Source: Nitrospirota bacterium (GTDB lineage: Bacteria; Nitrospirota; UBA9217). From it: a stretch of 64,000 nt of DNA. The position numbers and the translations under genes were made by a program. Every line of letters starts with the position of its first letter. Within the stretch, counting starts at the first letter, position 1. Where the stretch lies: NCBI GenBank assembly GCA_963740085.1, contig CAVUCU010000001.1, positions 352,001 to 416,000 of the forward strand. Direction: 5' to 3'. Below are positions 58,193 through 64,000 of the stretch, piece by piece. The notes beneath the pieces are model-generated. The model saw nothing but the letters and a program-made list of their open reading frames with translations, had not been told where the DNA came from and ran no database searches.

Positions 58193-59752
58193 TCAGGTCA
58201 ACAGCAACTGATTATCCTTCGACCTGCTCTCCCCCACGCTCGAGACAGTGATCGCCGGCCTGCCGAGCACCGGGCATTTGGCCTCGCAGATGCCGCAGCC
58301 TATGCAGAGTTCAAGGTCCACGCGTGGCTGCTGCAGGGTCAGGACTCTTCCCTTGCGGTCGCGCACCTGAACCTTCTCGAACCAGATGGCCTTCTTTGGC
58401 GTGGGACAAACCTCTTCGCACATGATGCACGGCGTGGCATGTGCCCAGGGAAGACAGCGTCCTTTATCGATCATCGCGAGACCAAGCTTGACCTTGGATT
58501 TTTCGTCGAGCGTGAGCTTTTTGATCGCTCCGGTCGGGCAGACCTGTCCGCACAGCGTGCAGCGGTATTCGCAATACCCGATGCGCGGCACGAGCACGGG
58601 AGACCAGACGCCTTCCACGCCCGCTTCCAGCAGCGTGGGTTGAAGTCCGTTCGTGGTACAGACCTTCATGCACTCACCGCACTTCACGCACCGCTTGAGG
58701 AACTCTTTTTCCTCGAGCGATCCCGGCGGACGAATGAGCCCGGGGTTCCTGGAATTCGCCTTGGTAAGCGGCGTAATGCGCAGGAACGGAACAACCGCTA
58801 TTCCGCCGATCACAGACGTGACGATCCTTCTCCTGCCGAGGTCCATGGCCGCTGTCGGCTTCTTCCTGCTGAAACCGAAACTGACCGCGTTCTGCGGGCA
58901 GACATCGTCGCAATTCCAGCAGGTGAGACATTCCGTGTCCTTCCATTTTTCTTTTTGATCAGGCGACGCGTTCCCCTGGCAGACCGTGCCGCAGGCCCCG
59001 CACTCCGTGCAATCCTCGCTCACGGAGCGTTTGAGCAGCGAGAACCTCGACAAAAGACCGAGGAGCGCGCCGAGCGGACACAAGTACTTGCACCAGAACC
59101 TTTTCTCGATCAAGTTCAGACCGAGGACGACGAAGAAGATCGTGCCGATGAGAACGTTCTGATTGTAGAAGGACTGCTCAAAGGAAAGCACGGTCTTCTT
59201 CAGGAGGGTGAAGACCGGTTCGGAGAGGGCCGCGGCGCCGAGAGGATTTGACGCATAGATCGTGTCGAAGGCCGCGCGTATCCCGTAATTGAAGGTCGGG
59301 TAGACGCCAATGGAGAACGAACGAATAAGGAGAGACAACGGGTCCATGATCCCGACGGGCTGGAGCGTGAAGATTGCCGATGCGATCATACCGGTCAGGA
59401 TATAATATTTGATCCGGTACCAGCCCCTGCCCCGGTGAGCAGCCGCCTTTTTTCTGATCGAACCAACCATATTGTTCAGCGTGCCGAGCGGACATGCCCA
59501 CCCGCAGAATACCCTGCCGAAGAGAAGCGTGATGATCATGGTGATGATCGAGAAGTAGAACGCCTTTGCCGCGGCATGGGCGGAGAGGAGCGTTGAAACG
59601 AGAATAAGCGGGTCAAAATCGAGAAAAAGCCGCACGGGATAGCCGAGTTCATCATTCCCCTTGGACTCGGTCTGGATGAAAAGGAAGAGAAAGAGGAGGA
59701 GGAATAATCCCTGTACGAGCCTGCGCGCGTTTTTAATGGTAACGAATCGCAT
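58193..59752 (-). CDS. Membrane polyferredoxin (NapH/MauN-like fused to NapG/MauM-like)
   Basis: GRVFCGWACPLG, RFWCKYLCPLG, IRPPGS and multiple CxxCxxCxxxCP motifs. Confidence 0.88.
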   Translation of the reverse strand: MRFVTIKNARRLVQGLFLLLFLFLFIQTESKGNDELGYPVRLFLDFDPLILVSTLLSAHAAAKAFYFSIITMIITLLFGRVFCGWACPLGTLNNMVGSIRKKAAAHRGRGWYRIKYYILTGMIASAIFTLQPVGIMDPLSLLIRSFSIGVYPTFNYGIRAAFDTIYASNPLGAAALSEPVFTLLKKTVLSFEQSFYNQNVLIGTIFFVVLGLNLIEKRFWCKYLCPLGALLGLLSRFSLLKRSVSEDCTECGACGTVCQGNASPDQKEKWKDTECLTCWNCDDVCPQNAVSFGFSRKKPTAAMDLGRRRIVTSVIGGIAVVPFLRITPLTKANSRNPGLIRPPGSLEEKEFLKRCVKCGECMKVCTTNGLQPTLLEAGVEGVWSPVLVPRIGYCEYRCTLCGQVCPTGAIKKLTLDEKSKVKLGLAMIDKGRCLPWAHATPCIMCEEVCPTPKKAIWFEKVQVRDRKGRVLTLQQPRVDLELCIGCGICEAKCPVLGRPAITVSSVGESRSKDNQLLLT

Positions 59753-59859
59753 GGTCTTTCATCGTTCGGATACCTCTCCTAATCACCGCACCTATTGATC
59801 CCACCTGGCCGCGGAGGTATTGGAAAGGTTATCACTTGCACCAACTTTTGCCAGTGTGG

Positions 59860-60762
59860 CTAAACCTGCAATTTTTTAATCTTCAACTTATTCAGATCCA
59901 TCTGCCCGAGCCCAAGCTTGTGGCCGATCGTCACATATCCAAGATCGCTCCCTTTCATGCCGAACAACGTGGCGCCGTAGGAGTCGATCGCGACCGGGTC
60001 GAACCCGACGATGACGGTATCAAGCTTCTTCACATCGGCAAGGCTGCCGCCCTGGGGACCGTTGGCCGTCAGGATGCGCACGGCATCAAGGATCGTGAGC
60101 GTGGGCTTGATCTTCATGGAGAGGTCGACCAGGCTTTCGTCCAGCTTCTGGTGGATCTGTCTCCGCGACCCGCCCATAACGCCCATCCAGTTCTTCATGG
60201 ACATCGTGAGCTTCGCAAGACCGTGGTGCTTCGCGATCGGGATGTTGATCACCTTGTCCGCCTCAAAGACATCGGTATACAGCGGCCAGGACTTGAGCGC
60301 AACTCCCCTGATATCCATGTCCTTGAACTTCCGTTCGTCCATATAATCCACATCCGCTCCCAATGCCTTTGCTGCGGACGCGATGCCGCTCTGGACGTAG
60401 CACCGCCGGGGATCGTTCACCGGCCGGTCGAAGACCTTCACTTTTTTGGCCCCCGCCTCAAAGCAGAGTTTAACCACGGCCGCGACCACCTCGGGGTTCG
60501 TATTCCCGGCCTGTTCAGGCGTCCGGTCCCACCCGATGTTCGGCTTTATGACGACGATATCGCCCCGGGAGATGAACTTCTTGATCCCGCCCATAGCGTC
60601 AAGCGCCGCCATCACGATCTTCTCGGGAGACGCTCCGTGCGCCACGACAAGGTCCGGCCTGGCCGTTTTCTCAGCAGCCTCGGCAAAGGCGTTTAATCCA
60701 TTGGGGAGAGAAAATCCCGCACCGGTCAAAGCCGCAAGTTTAATAAACGTTCTTCTGTCCAC
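59860..60762 (-). CDS. Tat-exported DUF362 domain protein
   Basis: MDRRTFIK twin-arginine signal, IKPNIGW, NTNP, KHH..MKNWMG and NGPQGG. Confidence 0.88.
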   Translation of the reverse strand: MDRRTFIKLAALTGAGFSLPNGLNAFAEAAEKTARPDLVVAHGASPEKIVMAALDAMGGIKKFISRGDIVVIKPNIGWDRTPEQAGNTNPEVVAAVVKLCFEAGAKKVKVFDRPVNDPRRCYVQSGIASAAKALGADVDYMDERKFKDMDIRGVALKSWPLYTDVFEADKVINIPIAKHHGLAKLTMSMKNWMGVMGGSRRQIHQKLDESLVDLSMKIKPTLTILDAVRILTANGPQGGSLADVKKLDTVIVGFDPVAIDSYGATLFGMKGSDLGYVTIGHKLGLGQMDLNKLKIKKLQV

Positions 60763-60765
60763 AGG

Positions 60766-62137
60766 TCACCTCACCTTTCCCCTGGCAAGCGATGCGAAAA
60801 TGCCTCCGAAACAGAGCCCCGAGAAGATCATGAACGCGGTTTTCATGCTCAAAAGAAATTGCGGATAGTATTCAGGTGTGATGCGCGCGCTCCCGATGGA
60901 CAGCGAGAATACGACCATGGCGATGCCCATGCTCAGCATCTGTCCGATCAAGCGCATGGTGCCAAGAGTAGATGAGCCCACACCATAGAACTTTTTCTCG
61001 ATGGAACTCATCACCGCGTTCGTGTTCGGCGACGAGAACAAGGCGAACCCGAAGCCCAGGAGCATCAATCCCGTAACGATGAATCCGATGTGAGCCTCCC
61101 GGTCAATGAACGTGAACAGGAACAAACCTGCAACCGTAAAGCCCATACCGATGGAAGCAACGACCCTTGGTTCCATTCTATCAGAAAGTCTGCCGGCAAA
61201 GGGAGAAAAGATGGCCATGACCACGGGCTGGGAGATCAGGATCATGCCGGCGTGCTGGGGTGTAAAACCCTTGATATACTGGAGATAGAGGCTCAGGAGG
61301 AACGTGACGGCATACGTGGCGCTGTAATTAATCAGCGCCGCAAGATTGGAAAAAGCAAAGGCAGGGTTGCGGAAGAAGAGATCCATGTTCAGAGAGAGGA
61401 CTCGCCGCCCTTCTGTCCCAGACAACGAAGAGCAGGCACCCGACTGAGCCGACAAGAATGGACCATACCCCGGAAATTGCAGGCAGGAGAGAAAGCCCGT
61501 ACATGAACGCGACAAGGGTAAAGGCATAGAAGAGAGAGCCGATGGCATCGAACTTCTCTCCCTGTGCCTCAGCCCACTCCCTGTTCAGCTTTGCGACGAC
61601 TAGATAGATCACGAACAATCCCAGCGGAACATTCACCAGGAAGATGCTTCTCCATCCGAACTGATAGGTCAGAAATCCCCCGATGACGGGACCGAGCGAG
61701 AGTCCGAGGTAGACGGCAGCCACATTGATCCCGAGCACACGCCCGCGCTCGGAAGCGGGAAACACCGAGGTCAGGATCGCCATGCCGGTCCCGAAGATCA
61801 TCGCGCTCCCGAACCCCTGCAGGACACGGAGCGAGATAAGCACCGCGGCTGACGGGGAAAAGGCAAGAGCGAGCGAAGAAAGCGTAAATATCCACATGCC
61901 GTAAGCGAAAACCTTCTTCCGGCCGTGGATGTCCGCCAGCCTCCCGAAGGGGACCAGGAACATGGCCGCGGACAGGATGTACGATGCGGGGACCCAGCCC
62001 ATGAGCACGGCGCTCATCTGGAATTCTTTCCCGATTGCAGGGAGTGCGATATTGATGGACGAGACCATGAAGGGGGTGAGGAAAGAGGCGAATGTTGCTA
62101 TAAGAAGGGCCGAACGTTTTAGGGAGGTGTCGTTCAT
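60766..62137 (-). CDS. DHA2-type MFS transporter, split by a frameshift near 61391-61398
   Basis: INIALP, GRLADIHGRKK, GRLSDR and FSSPNTNAVM distributed over two overlapping ORFs; the break lies in a (CT)4 run. Confidence 0.88.
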
Positions 62138-62173
62138 AATCGGTGTTGTGGGACGTAAAGAGCAGGGACCACC

Positions 62174-62392
62174 CTACCTGAATTTATTGATGATGAACAG
62201 GACCAGGCTGATGATAATGCTGATAACAATGCTCGTGGCCAGAGGGAAGTAAAACGTATAATTTTCTTTTTTGATCAAGATATCTCCGGGAAGCTTTCCC
62301 ACAAATGGCAATCGCGGTAAGACCAGAATCGCGAGGCCGACCAGGATCAGGACCACCCCGATGATAATTATAACCTTGGCCGTCTCTCCCAT
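62174..62392 (-). CDS. DUF2905 family small membrane protein
   Basis: GKLPGDI...FYFPLATSIVIS. Confidence 0.88.
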   Translation of the reverse strand: MGETAKVIIIIGVVLILVGLAILVLPRLPFVGKLPGDILIKKENYTFYFPLATSIVISIIISLVLFIINKFR

Positions 62393-62614
62393 GACAACGC
62401 CCCTGCCCCGAACAAGCCGGGAAATCTTTTAGCCATAGAATTCATGTCAGGCTCAAAGAAAAACCAGCTCAATTGTCTGAATATGATTCATTCTTCCAGT
62501 TTTGTGTCCTTGGCCTGTACCCGGCGCTTACGAGTGCGCATGCAAGAGTGCAGGGTATGCTTTTTGCGGCAAAATATTCTTTTCCTTTTGACTAGAATTT
62601 GACTTCGTAGAAAA

Positions 62615-63457
62615 CTACTCCGTGAAGAAATCGAGTATTTTGGCGAGCGTAACGCGCATTTCCCGCCGGGGCACGATCGCATCGATCATGCCGTGCTCCT
62701 GCAGGAACTCTGCCCGCTGGAACCCGGCCGGCAGCTGCTGCTTGATCGTCTGTTCGATCACGGTGGGTCCGGCAAAACCGATGCGGCTCTTCGGCTCCGC
62801 GATGATGATATCCCCGAGCATGGCAAAGCTTGCCGTGACCCCGCCGAAGGTAGGATCGGTGAGCACCGAGATGAAAGGAAGACCGGCCTCGCCCAGCCTC
62901 GCCGCAGCGGCAGAGGTCTTCGCCATCTGCATGAGCGAAAGGATCCCCTCCTGCATCCGTGCGCCGCCGGACGAAGCCACTGACACGAAGGGCGTCCTTT
63001 TTTCGATGGCGCGCTCAATGGCACGGGTGATCTTCTCACCCACCACCGAGCCCATGCTGCCGCCCATGAATTCGAAGTCCATGACCACCAGTGACACGGA
63101 CTTCCCGCCTATCTTTGCCTCGCCGGAAATGATCGCGTCCTTGAGCCCTGTCTTCTTGCGGCTGCTCTTCAGCTTGTCCTTGTAGTCTTTAAAGTTAAGG
63201 AAATCTCTTGGCGAAAGCCCGTCCTCCACTTCGAGAAAGCTGCCCTCGTCCACCAGATACGGGAGGCGCTCCGAAGCCGAGATGCGAAAGTGGTAGTCGC
63301 ACTTGGGGCAGACCTTGAAATTCTTATCCACCTCTTTGCGGTAGATAATTTCCTTGCAATTGTCGCACTTGACCCAGAGCCCTTCGGGAATTTTCACCTT
63401 TTTTGCCGGTGTTTCCGGTGTGGTGCCCCCGGGTCGTTCTTTTTTAAACCAAGCCAT
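62615..63457 (-). CDS. accD: Acetyl-CoA carboxylase carboxyltransferase beta subunit
   Basis: LWVKCDNC...CPKC, FMGGSMG, SGGARMQEG and GGVTASFA. Confidence 0.97.
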   Translation of the reverse strand: MAWFKKERPGGTTPETPAKKVKIPEGLWVKCDNCKEIIYRKEVDKNFKVCPKCDYHFRISASERLPYLVDEGSFLEVEDGLSPRDFLNFKDYKDKLKSSRKKTGLKDAIISGEAKIGGKSVSLVVMDFEFMGGSMGSVVGEKITRAIERAIEKRTPFVSVASSGGARMQEGILSLMQMAKTSAAAARLGEAGLPFISVLTDPTFGGVTASFAMLGDIIIAEPKSRIGFAGPTVIEQTIKQQLPAGFQRAEFLQEHGMIDAIVPRREMRVTLAKILDFFTE

Positions 63458-63587
63458 AGTTCTCCTGCAAAGACTAAATTCGAACTTCTAAATTCTGAAC
63501 AATATCAAATGAGTAAAATTCAGATCGTTTTGAATGCTTGTATCAGGCATCTGTGTCGAACTTCGTCCTTGGAATTTCGACATTGTG

Positions 63588-64000
63588 TTAAAATTTATAC
63601 GTCTTCCCTTCCTGCAGAACCTTCACATTTTTCCGGCCCAGGGCCATCAATTCGCTGATCACCTTCTTTTTATGGACAGGCTTTATGTGGCAGATGTAGA
63701 CCGGCACGTCGTTGTCTATCCGCGCCTTCATGAGGTCCTGATGCAGCTGTCGAGGGGTAAAGTGGCCGCTCAGACTGGCGAGGCCCTCAAGTCTGTTCGG
63801 GAACGACGTATCGACGATGATTGCGTTGAGATTCTCTGCTTTGGCTGCTTCCTTCCAGAGTCCTTCGTTCGGACCGGTATCGGCGCTGTAGATGAACGCC
63901 GACCTGCCGTCGCTCACAAGGAAGCCGACGGCGGGGACCGGATGGTTCATGGGGACCGCCTTTACCTTCAATCCGGCGATGTTCACCGTCCTCCCAACCG
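63588..64000 (-). CDS. Metallo-beta-lactamase-fold cyclic nucleotide phosphodiesterase-like protein, 3' part
   Basis: NHPVPAVGF, YSADTGP, TSFPN, SGHFTP and CHIKP; start lies beyond the window. Confidence 0.75.
   Translation of the reverse strand, partial: VGRTVNIAGLKVKAVPMNHPVPAVGFLVSDGRSAFIYSADTGPNEGLWKEAAKAENLNAIIVDTSFPNRLEGLASLSGHFTPRQLHQDLMKARIDNDVPVYICHIKPVHKKKVISELMALGRKNVKVLQEGKTYKF

Overview
A 64 kb chromosomal window from a moderately GC-rich anaerobe-like bacterium. Gene content and order suggest Nitrospirota or a related deltaproteobacteria-like lineage (inference only). Housekeeping content: partial EF-G paralog, hom-apgM-lysC-cimA operon, rpsF-ssb-rpsR with an S6:S18 leader, tex, pyk, a complete 9-gene V/A-type ATP synthase operon, ogg, an NtrY-like kinase, ald and accD. 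No rRNA, tRNA or CRISPR array was seen. The most interesting elements are: (1) a ubiquitin-like sulfur-carrier toolkit (TusA, MoeB, JAMM protease, MoaD/ThiS, NIL) embedded in the aspartate-pathway operon; (2) an apparent operon of a tri-heme mini-protein, an unknown protein and a Ta0216-like B12 radical SAM enzyme next to a geranylgeranyl-reductase-family gene; (3) a hepta-heme secreted cytochrome near a Tat-DUF362/polyferredoxin pair; (4) a sigma54-preceded glmS paralog lacking catalytic Cys1; (5) a PstS-like binding protein coupled to a sensor with no catalytic domain; (6) a TIR-bounded HUH tyrosine transposase; (7) several apparently leaderless genes; (8) nested miniature intergenic repeats, including a 34-nt micro-insertion present as identical copies. 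Four genes carry 1-2 nt indels (cimA, rubrerythrin, MFS, glmS stop), which may be assembly errors. All family assignments are from motif recognition, not database searches.
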